64,000 bases of DNA from Callorhinchus milii (taxonomy: Eukaryota): positions 82,028,001 to 82,092,000 of the forward strand of contig NW_024704743.1 in assembly GCF_018977255.1 (NCBI RefSeq), read 5' to 3'. The notes beneath the pieces are model-generated. The model did not search any database, was not told the origin of the DNA, and saw only the letters and a program-made list of their open reading frames with translations. The position numbers and the translations under genes are program-made. Below are positions 23,071 through 37,211 of this stretch, piece by piece; position 1 is the stretch's first letter; each line of letters opens with the position of its first letter.

Positions 23071-26000
23071 TTAATTGCAAAATATGTGATAATTCCCTAT
23101 TCTATTTAGAAGCAGTGTACAGCTGCTTTTTGCATGCACATATAAAATCTATCAATTTTCAGTACTGATATGATACCATCTTAACCTCTAACCTCTGACA
23201 TATCTGTGTTTATTTTCTTGAGGATGGTGTATGGTGACTTAAATGGAAATGCTCATATGTTATCCCATTATCTGAGTTTGACTGCTGTGAATTTAGATTA
23301 CATACTATTCTTAATGTTTGACCTATAACCTCTAAAGTTAATATTGCAGATCAGGACAATAATACTTAAATTAGAATGGTTGCTACTGCATGCTAGTTGC
23401 TGCAGCTGGATCTGTATATCTTAATAAACTGTAACATAATGATACCCTAGATGTACATATTAAATTATTATTGGCCAAGCGCACTGACGTTCTAAACGAA
23501 CTAACTTTTATTACCAATCAATCCTCTGTTATCTTTATACTGCAGCTACAAGCATTACAGCACAGTCTATCTTACATAAACAGGAACCAAAACATTTCGG
23601 AACAAACTGGATTAAATGTCAATGTTTTAGCTAGGAGGTGGACAATGGAGAACGTGGGGCGGGCTGAGACTGTAGGCACGCTGTCTGACTGCTGGCAAGG
23701 GACAGCCAGAGAGGGGAAGAGGAAAGGAAATCTCAATCAGAAGTACAGAACATTAGTATTATTAACCTCACTGGGGATGTATTCCCAACAACCGCCTCTA
23801 TGCCAAAAGAGAAGTATTTTGAAAAGGGTTAGTCTGAAACTTTCCACATGGAATGGCTGTTCCTTCAGCATTCCTACATGAGACTTAATGGTTGTGAAAC
23901 TTCCAAGTCCATGCCTGATCAAAATTCCTGAACAATAAACCAATGTAATGATATTTATGGATGTGGTGGCCTTTGTGTTGGAGACAATATTAAGAATATG
24001 GGACGTCCTCCCGACGTGAAAGGCGCTATACAAATGCAATCTTGTTGTTGTTGTTGTCATGTGCTGAACCTGTGGTACAACTTTGAATGTTATCCAGCAT
24101 CTCTTGGATGACTAACACACTCAATCTGTTGGTCTCTATGCTGTTCATACTACCTTTCTGCTGATGTGCTATCCCCAGCTTGGCTGCCAGACTCCTGATG
24201 ATTGGAACTTCCCCCCACTAGTTCTGTGGTATCAACTCATGCTCCAAAGTACAACATCTCCCCCAACAACTGAGGGCCGATACAGTTCATAATTTTACAA
24301 TAAATCCTGTGAGGTGCTTTGAGATGTCCTGACTTCAAACATGCTATATCAAATACAAAGATTATTCTTACGATGATGTAAAGTGTATGACCATGTATTT
24401 TCAGGTGAACACAGCAGCTAATTTATGCACAACTATGTCCCACAAACAGCCATGAAGTGAATGACCAATTTTATTTGGGGGTTTGTTAGCCAGGACACCG
24501 GAAGAAACTTCCTTCTCTTTTTAAATACAGCCATGTATCTCTTCTTTTAATGTCCACCTAAACAAGCAGACAATTAGGAAACTCTGAGACACTGACTGCT
24601 TGAAGGGCGCTATGTAAATGCAAATCTCTGTTGTTGTCGTTGTTCGAACAAGAGGTTATTTGGCCCTTTAAACTGCTCTACCATAGACCATGGCACTTCT
24701 AATTTCCTTAATCCTACTTCCCCGCTTTCTTGCCTTATTCTTCAAGAATTTCCTAGCATAATTCACCGTTATTAAAGAGCGACAAGCAGGAAATTTTAAT
24801 AAATGACTAAAAGGAAAGATATTTACCACTTTCTCAACAATCAACCATCTTCATTTGGAGTCAAGCAGTAGTTATTCATTCCCAAAATATTTTCAGGGAA
24901 ATAGGGAAATATAAAGTTGCAGAATATTGTAAACTTTATTCTTGATTGTTTTGCTTTGCGGGTTGAAAAATCCAGTCACCCCCACAGAGTAGGAATTCCA
25001 GCAGCAAAATCAATCAGACCAGTTCAACACAGTGCCAGTAATGAGTGATTCAGTTATGAGTTTGTGCGTAATACTTGATATCTCTATTCCTGTAGTTAAA
25101 AGTAAAAGTATTCCAACAGAAGCAAACCACAATCTTCCTCTTTTCTTCAGTGCTCCTTAACCCACGCACTGTCTGGGTGCACCATAAGGCCACTCAATCA
25201 CTCTATAATTCTTTATCAACACTTTCTTTATCTCAGGCTACAACTTGTTGTTAATCAGGGTTTGATAAATATGTCTGGTTTGTGGATACCTCTTATCTAA
25301 GGAAGGGAGCAGGCTAGACAAGAAACCAGTGAGCACAGAAGTTACTCTTAAAACGTCTTAAAATCCAAAACGCATTTCTAGTTTAGTTTGAAATACCTGT
25401 TTCATGAAATCATTTTATTCACCAGAAAAAAACAATCACATCACTTTACAATATATCCTGTGAAGCACTTTGAGACAGCTCGACAACATGATGAGATGTT
25501 ATATCAAATGCAAGGATTATAATTTTATTGCTGAAGTAAGGAAAATCTTAAGGTAGAGACACAGATAAATTGTTCTCATTTGTTTAAGCATAAAGTATCC
25601 AGTAAATGGCTTGGCTAACCTCAGCAGGAGAAAGTGTTATCTTGTTTTTTCTACAGAGAGTGGAATAGTGTTTATTTACTTTCTCTTACTTTATATTTTT
25701 AAATCAGCTGCCATGTTTGCTCAAATGACTAAATAATGACGCATGCATTTGATATTTTTGAGACATCTCAAAGCGCTTCACATGAATTACTGTAAAGTGG
25801 TGTGAATGTGTACTATATTTCGTATGAGAAGACTGCAACCTTTTTTCCTCAGCAATGTCCCAGAAACAGCCATGAAGTGAATGATCAATTTTAGCGTGGG
25901 GCTTGTTGATCAAGAGTGAGAAAGACTAATAAAAACGTTTGAGAAAGAATGGGAAACAGGAAATTTTAATGTTGCATTTGTATTATAAAATGTAATGAAA

Positions 26001-26254
26001 ATACACAAATAGCAACTCAGGAATCATAAATAGTGACTCCTGTTAGTAACCAGAAGTGTGTCACACGGACCCTTGAGAACTCTAGCCAGAACAGAGTTTC
26101 AATGGGCGAGTGTGACACTCTTCTAAAAAGGCTCAAATAATAATAATAATCCCTTCATTTGTAACAGTACCTTTTTATGTTGGTGAAACATTTCAAACCA
26201 CTACACAGGAGTTAATGTAAAGTGGAGTAACTGTTTTTTATTGGGGTTTTTTGG

Positions 26255-26690
26255 GGTGTCTGACAAATGCGGAAACCCATCACCATTCTTAAAAGTATCT
26301 AAGCCGAGCTGAGATTTTCATGCATCGCAGCTAAAAATGGAAATCAATCCCGGAGATAGTTTGCTGGAATGTAATGTGTCCTCTCTCCCTGGAGGAACAC
26401 ATCCTGCTTACCTAATTCCGGAAACTTAGGCACAAGTTTGCCATTGATATTGTTGTCCGGCAAACTTTTCCACTGCTTATCCAGCTAGGATCACCCTACC
26501 AGTTAGGGCTTTGGCTTGCATGGTTAGCTGAGTGGGATGGCTCCCTGCCCTTCCAGGTCCTGCCGTTGAGCCAGGCTGGCTGTTCTCTCATCAGCAGTAC
26601 CCTGGAATACGTCCAGACTCGCCCGACTCAGGTACCTGAAAGTCCAGGATCAAGAGTGACTGTGTATTTATAGGCAATGCTGTTTGACCT
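26255..26690 (+). repeat. Unclassified interspersed repeat, copy 2
   Basis: GCGGAAACCCATCACC...CTGCTTACCTAAT...CCAGCTAGGA...CTTTGGCTTGCA...CAGCAGTACCCT shared with copy 1. Confidence 0.7.
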
Positions 26691-26769
26691 GTTGTGGATT
26701 TCCTGCATTTCCATTTGATTGCAAATGGAGAGACTGCTACCAACCAAGCCAGTTTAATATCTAATATCA

Positions 26770-27360
26770 AAACATACCTCCTCCAGTACCAACTCTAGGT
26801 CTGCCGATGTTCTATCAGCTTGTCTGGCAGACATCAGGGCCTGAAGGAGTGCAAACTTCCTGCAGCTGAATGTGGACAAGATGGAAACCGTACCCCTTGG
26901 CTCCCGTCCTCCCTCCTGTGGATCTAAACTCCTCAACATCTCTGGGCTCTCCCTCAGACTCACCGAACCAGAGCACAATCTAGCTATCCAGTACGACCCC
27001 CATATGCCCTTCCTCCCCCACATCCGGTCCGTACCTTGCCCCAAATGTAGCTGAAACCCTTGTGCATGTCATCTCCCATTTGGGTTACTTCTGCTCGTCT
27101 CTTGTACCCTCCGACCCAACATTGGAGGTCGCGCTTTCAGCCACTACACCCTGAAACTCTGAAACACACTCCCTCAATCCATCCGCCTTATCCCCTCTCT
27201 CCCCTTTTTCAAGTCCCGCCTGAAAACCTTCCACTTCAACTGTGCTTACAGCCACCTCCCACCCTCCACCCTGGCTCGGAGTCAGGCTCCGCCACTGTTA
27301 AGCACTCGAAACGCTACCCTGTGTGGAGGGCACTAAAGAATTACAAGTTGTGCTGTTGTG
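26770..27360 (+). mobile_element. Decayed, internally deleted L2 fragment
   Basis: ADVLSACLADI...ANFLQLNVDK.E remnant plus 3' tail. Confidence 0.75.
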
Positions 27361-30300
27361 AGCTCAAAGTCTAATCTAACACAGAAGTACTGGGGGTGCA
27401 TTTATTGTGAAAGGTGCAATCCTTTGTATCACACATTAAACTGAGGCTCCATTTCAATTAAGAAAGATGCATTGTTAGTTACCATATTATAATGATAATG
27501 CAATAATTACATTTGATATAGAGCTTTATCATATAATTGAGATGTCTCAAAGTCCTTCACAGGAATTTATTGTGTATTTGTAGGTGACCATGTAACCAAT
27601 TTGCATACAGTAAAGTCCCAATATTATTCAGTTAATGGTTAAACTGTACAATATGGTGAAAAAATGGACGCATACACATTGATTGTGCACAAGCACATCC
27701 GAGGACATGTGATGACAATGTGCAGTTGTGTCAGGACATCAAGATTGTACAAAATACGCCCTCATTTGGCCATAAATTGTGAATCTCACGCTAAGAAGCC
27801 ACAGGCCTGCTAGTGTGTCTGAAAAATCGTACTCTGGTGAGTGCAGAATTCTCTTCTGAGTTTGGATTAAGGCATCCGGTAGTCAGTATCCAACTCTGCT
27901 AGTGATGACCAAGGAGTCCTTATTTCTGCTGCGACATGCTTGAAACGGGAATGTGTTGCCAGCATTAACATCCTTCATCTTGATAAGGTCAAAAAGCACA
28001 AGCTTATCATTGGAGTTATCTGGTGGCTCTATTCCTTGTTCCAACCTGATCTACATATATTAAGCTTGCAGCTGAAGGTCAACAAGACTGAAGCAATTTT
28101 GTTCAGTGTCCACCAGCACCTTTGTGCCTCTGGCTTTGATTCCATCATCTCCCTGGTTGCTTTGCTCTGACTGTGGACACCCTTGGCTATCTGTTGATGC
28201 TTTAGCTGACTTTTAACCCCTAGTCTGGTTCACATCCAGGACCACTTTCTTTCACATCTGTAATAATTACAGTCTCATTTCACCCCCATTGTTGCTGAAA
28301 CCCTTGCCCATGCTTTTATCACTTTGAGGATAGAAGGGACAATGGGATCTGACTCAGGACAGGGTATTCCTATGGAGTTCTGGATGAGCTGAGGTTTGAT
28401 GTGTGCAGAGGTAGGGAGGCCAGTGAGGAATGAATTGGAGAAATCAATTCCAGAGGTGACAAAGAAGTGGATGAGTTTCAGCAACGGAGTGTGAGTCAGG
28501 GACAGTGTTGGCCATTGACCAGATATATGTTTGAGAGCTGAGGATTTCACAGACCATAAAGTTTACACACTGGCTCAAATGAGCTGAAGCGAGCAACCAA
28601 GGGGGTTGATATCTTTAGATCTCTCATTTCCGCGCTTGGCGGTGTTGAAGTTACATTACAGTTATATTTGTGCAGTCTTTTGTAATGTGTAAGTAATATG
28701 TATATTAGTATATTAAAATATTTAAGGGAAATGGGGAGGCCTTCTTTAAATAAGTTCTGTAAGAAAACAAGTTGCAGAAGCTGCTTGCAGCACAGAGTTA
28801 GCAAGTAGCATACACGAGTTACATCAACGTACAGGTTCAGGGCTGCTTGATTGACAGGCAGCTAACAAACACTGACAAGCAACCTGCATAGTAAAATAAC
28901 ACGCGAGAAAAAATCCCTCGCATTCGCATCATCGTTCACCACGCGACTGTATATTTGTGGGCGAAACGCAGCAGCCAATCGCGCACAGCAGTGTCCCACA
29001 AACAGTCGTGGATTGAAGTTGCTGGTTTTCTTGGCAGCACAGCACTGACCTCTTTGATAGCCCTCACTTTTGGTCATTGGATTTTTTTGGTATCCAGAAA
29101 TGAATCTTGTTAGTTTTGTAAATTGTTTAATGAGTACGCTGCGTGCTCCCTAAACAGTTTGGGGACCTGAAAGGATTTATTGCAAGGTCATGCACAAGTT
29201 AGTTGCCACATTGGTCTACAAAATCTACATTGTCACTGCATTTTACAATAAATCCTGTGAAGTGGTTTGACATGTCCTCCTGAGGTGAAAGGCGCTATAT
29301 TAAACACAAGGATTTTTATTATTATTATTACTTTCAACAACCCGACATTTAACTCAGACATAATTTATTCACTATAGTATCTGCCAGGTGCTGTCTCACC
29401 ATAACCTGTTCCACCAACCTTTATTTGATACATTGTGTTGTAACCCACCTCACCTTCTCCCCAAATGCATCCTGTCTGAGACTGGCTAACTCAGCACAAA
29501 CCTGGGATCAAACATTGGACCTTCCTGATAGCAAGTGGGCCACAGCATTGTGCAGTTGTGGGAGCTCTCTGTTGCATTTTATAATATATATTCTGCCATT
29601 TGTGCGGAGCAGTTACAAATATGAACTATTTTTCTCCAGGGCTAAATAACAGAAGCCAGCAGGACATCCTAAGTAATTGAAGTGTGATGGCATTCCCTTT
29701 GAAAGATTGATAATTGTATCATCACTGCCAGTTTATCAAGTGAAAATCTGCAGTTGAATTACCAAGGAATAACAGAGTAATTATATTGTATGAAAACAAT
29801 TTTACTCTGAACCACACTTGTAAAGTTTTACGACTGTAAGTTTTTTTTCTGTAGGTCTGCTCCTAATTTGCCTTTGATAAATGGCTGCTATGACTTTGCT
29901 ATATTCTTCCAAACCCAGACTACCCTTTGCCTCTTATTTCACACAAAACTCATGTCAGAGCACAGAGTGCCTGAGGATGGCCCTGTTGTTCAAACAGTTT
30001 ATGTGTGTGTGGGGGGGGAAGGGGGGTTACTTGACTCCAAACCAGAGAGTTAGAAGCCTTGGTCTCAATTCTGAATGCTTTGATCGATGAGCTTCTTTCA
30101 TTTTGAGTTCATGAACACTTTTTTGGGAGTAAAATGCAACATGTAATGTGATGGTTAGCACAAGGACAGAAAAATGCAATCAAAAGCAGTCACGGACTGT
30201 TGCCTCGTGAAATCTATTGGCGGCTGCTGCTTGAAGGGAACAGATGGATATAGGACAGGAGAATACAGTAGAAAGGGATGGAGTGTAAAGTAGAAACACG

Positions 30301-30829
30301 AGCATAGACTGGTTAGGTCAAATGGCCTGCTTCAGAGCCAAGTCATTCTATGTAACTTTATATATTCTTCACCTATCAGCTCGGAGAGTCGAGTGATAAT
30401 ACACTATTCAACTGAAGGGGTCAACGTAACTGATCCCAATGCTGCCTCCATTCAACATTTATTTGCCTACACAGAAGTTCAATAAAAATCCCTGGACAGC
30501 AGTCCAGGAGCAAAAACACTGGGGTGAAAACTGCGAGGGGTGATGTGATATTATATCCTTGATAGCCGCAGATGAGGAGGCACAAGGTATCAAACCCAAA
30601 GAGAGATGTTAAGTATTGAGTCATTCTGTATACCAACTGCTGACCCCCTCACAACCTGGACCTCAGCACAATGGTTAGGCCAAAAGCTGGCGGGGGAGGT
30701 GTGGTGGGAGGTGTGGTGGGGATGGGGAGGGGCGGGAGTGGGGGAGGTAAGCGTAGCTGTAGCTGAACAGCTTTGTAGCTGAACTGGTACCAAGGTAACA
30801 TGCTTTGCAATGGAATGTTAGAATCTAAT

Positions 30830-31690
30830 CAGCCTTCTGTGGTGGTCTCGGTAGTCCAGGTCCGGAGCCACGCGGGTCCGCAGAATTCCAGGGCACTGCT
30901 GATGACAGCACAGCCAGCCTAGTTCAACAGGACTTGGATGGGCAGATCAGTCACTGGGGACAGCGACTCTTCCCATTCTGCTCCTGTCAACTATGCAAGC
31001 CAAAGCCCTAACAGGTAGGGTGGTCCTACCTGGACAAGTAGCTGGAAAGCTTGCCAGAAAATGTTTTCAATGACAAGCTATATGGTTTTAGCTGATTAGA
31101 CTCCAGCAGTACCCCAACACATACACACTCTGGGGTCTTGAAACTTTGGTTCTTGCCAGCCTGCACCTAATATTCTCCAGAATTCGATAAGCAACATGTA
31201 TTCCTCCGGAGAGAGTGTGCATTTCAAATCTAGGAATTTCTGAGTATGGTTTGGAGTATCTTAACAACAACAACAACAACAACAAGATTCCATTTATAAA
31301 GCGCCTTTCATGTCAGGAGGACGTCCCAAGGCGCTGCACAGTTGGGTCATGACCCGAGCAGGGGGGAAATGGTCAGGGTGAGGGAGGGGAGGGAGCGAGG
31401 AGGGGGGAAATGGTCAGGGTGAGGGGAGGGATGGGAGGGAGCGAGAAGGGGGAAGAGAGTCGAGAGGGGAGCTGAAGGCTCGGTCAAAGAGAAAGGTATT
31501 GAGACCGGCCTTGAAGGAGGAGAGGGAGGAAGCAAGGCGAAGGCACTGGGGGATAGAGTTCCAGAGCCTCGGGGCTGAGAGGCTGAAGGCCCGACCACCA
31601 ATGGTAGGGCGATTGGGGCGGGGGAGGTGGAGCAGACCGGAGCCGGAGGCTCAGTAAGCATGATAATGGGTTTCCGCTTGTGTCCAAAGA
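30830..31690 (-). repeat. Unclassified interspersed repeat, copy 3, split by an L2 insertion (31263-31652)
   Basis: Reverse complement of copies 1 and 2; resumes at 31653 (TAAGCATGATAATGGGTTTCCGC) after the L2. Confidence 0.7.
31263..31652 (-). mobile_element. Young-looking L2 3' fragment with an internal tandem duplication
   Basis: Close match to 59275-59693; GGGGGAAATGGTCAGGGTGAGGG occurs twice (about 31361 and 31402). Confidence 0.9.
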
Positions 31691-31772
31691 AAAACCTGGC
31701 CTGTGGCCACCAATGGAGTTGTTGGCCTGTGGTTTGCATCCTGCAAGGGACAGTTTTCCCATCCTATGGGGC

Positions 31773-32071
31773 AATAATAATAATAATTTTTGCATTTTAT
31801 ATAGCGTTTTTCACGTCTTCTAGACGTCCCAAAGTGCTTCACAGAATAGACTGTAAAGTGAATTGACTGTATATTTGTGGGCGAAATGCGGCAGCCAATT
31901 GCGCACAGCAATGTCCCACAAACAGTCATGGATTGAAGTGACCAATTTATTATTGTTTGTTTCTTAAGGGATTATTATCAGGCGTGTGGAGTAAGGAAAC
32001 TTGCCCAATGTTTCGCCCTGACCATAATCAAACCCAGCTATCTCGCTTGCAACCATTGGGCTACAGGACTC
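31773..32071 (-). mobile_element. tRNA-derived SINE (short variant)
   Basis: Head and body match the other copies. Confidence 0.9.
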
Positions 32072-33949
32072 CACGATACAGGATACTGGCTTATCTCAGA
32101 CATTTTGGTTGTGTTAAACCGATATCTCATGAATCAGCACTCCAACACCACAATCTGCAGGCCAGCAACTCCATTGGCGGCCCTGGACCAGTTTAAGGTC
32201 CAACAGTTCTGACAAAGTTTTGTGAACAGGGGAAGGTAGGCGGGATTAAGTGCTCCGAGATGCTATCCCGTGTGAAGGGGGCTATTTAAATGCAAGTTGT
32301 TGTTGTTATTGTTAACACCAGTTAATAATAATTGACTAGCCTCAACTGCATTTATAAATGTGAGAATTATCCCCTGGCAGCATTTCCCCTCTTCAGGCTC
32401 TTTTTCCTTTCCCAGCTTAGCAGGGAAAGTGGGGCCAGTTCCAGGACCCAGATACTGACAGATAATTTAGAACACAGCAGCAATACAACTCTGGGCCATT
32501 CTGTCTGTACGGCTCAGGGTTGCACTGAATAAACTCGCCGAGCCTCACACTAGTTTAATGAAGGCTTTTCTTTAATCCCTTTCAAAACATACAGAGTTGC
32601 TATTTTTTCTTCCCTCAGAGTGCACTGGATCCACTGTGTTTGGTTTACAGCTTGCAAGATAGTAAGAAAACTGCCAGGGAGAAGATTCAAAGAAACCCGT
32701 TGAATGTAAAACAAGTGTGGAGGTTGATGACTTTTGTTGCAAAAAATCTAAGGATCTGTGGTCCAGTAACAATTAATGAAAAGGTTAAACTAACAATCCT
32801 TTAATCAGAGATCTGTGAAAAGACTGTTTACTCTGTCCAGGGCTCTGTTGGATTTTTTCCCCCCAAATCATAAACAGTCAGCAGCCAACGTGATTTTACC
32901 AATTAGTTGGAAACAGAAAGCCCAGGGAAGGCCAGGAAGAATAAACCTCACAAAACACAATAAACCAGGCGCTTTCCTATTAAAATGGAGGCTTCACTTT
33001 GTGCCCCGATCTTGTAGAGCTAATAAAGTGCAGTCTCACGCTATAAGGAGTCAGACTAAGCCCTTGCCGATTCTGCTGCCTCAGAGACATGGTTATGTCA
33101 TGGCACAGATTCTAACCTCTTTGAAAATAAGGATAGTGTTGAATGGTGCTTGTTTAATGTTTCGGTGCAGGATTGCTGTGCAGGCTAAGACATCCACACA
33201 GTTCATGAGTAATAAATTTCCAACTGAGTCTCGAGGTCTTTCTAACAAGGGAAAGAGCCCAGTAATCCAGTGTTGCCATGCTATTAGGCATTCAAGTGTT
33301 CTCATTTTCAAAGGGAACCTGGTGTGTGAGGAGAGGAAGTGACTTATAAAGTTCAGTGGAAATCTGATTATAGAGGTGATGTTAGGGTTTATGGACAGAC
33401 AGATGGTGCCTTAGCATAAATCTTCCCTGTTCCCCATTGACTGTACTTGGGGAGCCAGATTCCAACCCTGCTTCAACCACTCGAAGCACTGTAGGGGATT
33501 TTAAAAATGTATGAAAAGCTTGTTTTTAATTTAACTCAGAGTAGGCTGCCCGTGGGTCCGCTCTTTGTTCTCATTCCGTCCATTACAGCAAAACCGAATC
33601 CCAATGTGGTAAGCACTATTTGATGGAATATTGCATTTATAAATGGCTCCTTAATCTGACATCCCCCAGCCCAGCTTACTCTGATTATTCCTGTTCTGCT
33701 GTTCCTCGTGGGGTATCCCTCCCTGGTTGCCTTGTTTTGAACTCTGGCACATGTGAAAATGAGCTTGGCACAGAGTCTTGCGAGGTTCATCATAAGAGGA
33801 CCAGTATGTAATGCTGAGTATTTAACCACACCTAAAAACACAATTGTACTGTCATATGTTATCTTCATTTTTATTTAAGCCCTACATTTTGCTTCGGTCC
33901 GACTACCCCTTCATATTTTTAACTCCTGTCCTGCAATATGCACTGTTGC

Positions 33950-34295
33950 CAGGAGTGCCATCGACGCTTCCTTGTAACTCATTCAAGCGGCCATTCTTCA
34001 CATGTCTCAACTTTCAGACGAGATGTTAAACTGAGGTCTGCCTGCTCAGATGAGTGTTAAAGATACTATGATGTTATTCGGAAAGAGAAGGGAGTTTCTC
34101 TCTGTGTCCTGGCCAACAATCCCCCAGATAAAATCAGTCATTCACTTTGTGGGTGTTTGTGAAACATTGCGGTGCACAAATTAACTGCCGTATTCGCCTA
34201 CAAAATAGACAGTCACTACAGTAAATTCTGTGAAGTCCTTTGCGACGTTTTGACATGATAAAGCACGCTATATCAAAAGAAAGGATCATCATTAG
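33950..34295 (+). mobile_element. Old Deu-domain SINE
   Basis: TTTCAGACGAGATGTTAAACTGAGG...GGGAGTTTCTCTCTGTGTCCTGGCCAAC core. Confidence 0.7.
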
Positions 34296-34755
34296 GATTT
34301 ACATATAAACCTAGCCAGTGAGTGGAGAATGGCTATTCAACTGTTTGGGGCAACATAGCCAAGACCAACGCAGCCCTTACACAATAACCACTGAGAGAAA
34401 AAATATCAGCTCTATATTTTTAAAAGAGATAAAAAAAGTCTACGTGAAACACAAAAATAATATGAAGCTCCCTCAATAGCTTGGCGGATTTAATCAATTA
34501 GTTAAATTTACATTGCAATTTTCCCATTGGAGCACTTTCCCAACCCCAGCAGCAACAACATTTTGAATGTGCCATTTGCTGGTTCCTGAGTCTAACATTT
34601 GAATGGGAATGTATATCTTGATTCATTGGCGAGATGGGAGGACAGCCACCAATTATAATTGTGCTTCTTGGGATGATTCCCCCTTGTTCTACCTTCATTT
34701 TAGGTCCACAATTGCCATGTTACTTTGCGCTAATTTAAAGTAATGCCAATGTCAA

Positions 34756-34769
34756 CCAGCAGGTGGCAG
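34756..34769 (+). promoter_or_regulatory. CTCF-type motif
   Basis: CCAGCAGGTGGCAG matches the CCASYAGRKGGCRS core, in non-repeat sequence. Confidence 0.5.
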
Positions 34770-37211
34770 TGCCACCCCTGCAGGTAAAGGGATTGTTCCA
34801 TTTCAGGTCCTGCTCTCCCACCCAGTCATATAATCTGGAGGCGAGAGCATGTCAAAAATTGTAACTGGGGACCCACATCAGGATCCAGATATTTTTATTG
34901 TTTAAGATCTCAAACTGTTTCACGTGGCATAAAGCAGCTCAATCATCCCCCTCTTACTTTGAGTTTGGGACCATGACTCCATGCAGTGGAAATCCTGATC
35001 ATAATTGGTCTCTTTGGTATTTGGAAGACCTCAATAAGCTCACCTCTCAATCATTTCTTTACCAATAGAAACATGTCCAGCTTCTGTAATCCTCTCCTCA
35101 CAGCTCAGATACCCAGTATCTGGGGAAAAGTTCCACTCAGTGTTATGTGAATCCCCTTTGGCCGCTAATAGACTCTCCCATTATAACCACAGTGCTAACT
35201 TCACCACAATTTCACTCCTTGATTTGATTTAGTCTCCTGGACCTTTTAAATCAGTGGTTGGCCAACAAAATAAATGTTTCTTGATGGAATATTTTTCATT
35301 TATAAACTTACTTTCATGATTATTTTGTTGGTGAACCAAAAATATTCAAACAATTATTCCTAACAGCCTAAGAAAGGTTGACCAACTCTGTTCTAGACAA
35401 TGGTTTCTCCTGCAGAATATATGTCTTTTCTCAGGCCAAGGCCCAAAACTTTCATTCAAAGTGAACAGTGCAATATTTTATCTTTAATGTTAACATTTAA
35501 TTTTTTACTTTAACCCAGTATCTGGATATACTTTCAGGGGTTGGATGAAAGGCCTTTACAATTCCCATTGGTTTACAAATAACATGACCAAAGGTCAACA
35601 AGGCCTTTAATCCCGTTTTGTGAATTCCTCCAATGACCTAGTGGGTAGGGCCACCACCCAATGTTGTAGAGATCCCATTCACTGTTGATACAATTCATGA
35701 GTTGTGCTGAGTTGGCTAATTTGAGACAGGGTAGCAGTTGGGGCACTACATTTGGCCTCCTTGACTCTGGGCTATGTAAAGGGAAAAAAATGCTTCCCAT
35801 TCTGTTAACCACCGAATGATTCAAACTGGATTGTCTACATGTGTGGAAATTGGATTTTAGCACCAAGCTCGGCTGTGTTTTCTCCCCTCCCCCCGAGTCA
35901 TATAACCTGCTGGCATTCAATGTCTAAACTCACACAACAACAACTTGAGTTTATAAAGCCCCTTAGGGTAACGTCTCAGAGCACTTTACACAGATGAGAT
36001 TTGATGCCGAGCAAGGGAGAGGAGGAGGGAGGAAGGGGAGGTGATCATAGGGTCACATGAAGAATGATCACCCGGGGAGGTGCTGGAGGGAGACTAATGC
36101 CCATGGAACTGTTCCTGAGTGAGAGTCAGTCTTTTCAAGAGTGGCAGAGAGGAGAAAATGTCTTGTGGTGCTGTAACATTTCTAAGTCTCTTCCTTGTCA
36201 CTGTTCTCTTGTTATAGGGCCTCTCATCACAAACAGCCTTTTGATGCTTCCTACTGAAGCCTGACAGAAGCAGCAACTGTCTGTCTCTAGTGGATACGTA
36301 GCCTGTGTAAATACAATAAAATTGTATGTGCTTTGCCTTTATAGGATTCTCAGGTCAATTTTAAGATTTTTTAAACTGAACGTCTTTATCTGGAATCAGG
36401 AAGAAATGAAAGCCATTAAGGACGATGACTGCACTGGATGAGATCACACCAAAGCTTTGACATCCAAAGAGTAAATGGTCTTCTTAATCTTAAAGCAAGC
36501 AAACCTAAAGAAGCTGCAATAGGACTCCGTTTTGGAAGGAAGGGACAAGTGTTTAACAGCACGTTAATAAACCTTTAACAACATAGTAACTCTTCTTGAT
36601 TGATGTTAAGACTTTACTACTGGGTTACAAACCTTTTGAAGAGGAGCTGAGGAGATCTGTTACTCCTGCTTCTCGACGCTCTCGCTGTGAGAGTTTAATC
36701 GCACACAGTTGCCCTTTGTCTTTTTGTGACCACGGTGCATTGACTAAAATAGTTAACAAACTGCTAGGTCTACAAAGTCCTGTTGGATCTTCACTCAGAC
36801 TCCCTTGTGTGAAGCATCAAAATATTTTTGTAGTAATAATAATTCCTTGCATTTGATATAGGGCCTTATCGCAACGTCGAAATATCTCAAAGCGCTTTAC
36901 ATGATTTACTGTCAAGTGTAGTGATTGTGGGTTTGTATACCAACATTGTGTGTTGCACCATTTTCTTTGGGATCCAACACCACAGACTGCAAGCATTTTA
37001 AAATTTATTTCTCCCTTTGGAACATGATTTATATCCCATTTTCTAACAACATCAATCCTGTAGCCAGGATTTCTTACTGCAGTAATATTTGGACTGATCC
37101 CAGTTTAATTGATGAATCGTGTTTCAAGCTGAATGGACAGCAAATGATAATTTCTGTGTGTTCATCTGGTTTTGTCACATGGCATTGGTCGGTACGCCAT
37201 TGAAAATTATA

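Noticed and set aside
29855..30002. Possible further exon after a strong acceptor (ttttttttctgtag)
   Set aside because: Weak donor, isolated, and any resemblance to dynein is no better than chance.
32815..33342. 175-aa ORF as a protein-coding gene
   Set aside because: GTG start, no homology recognised and no splice context; kept only as a non-coding candidate.
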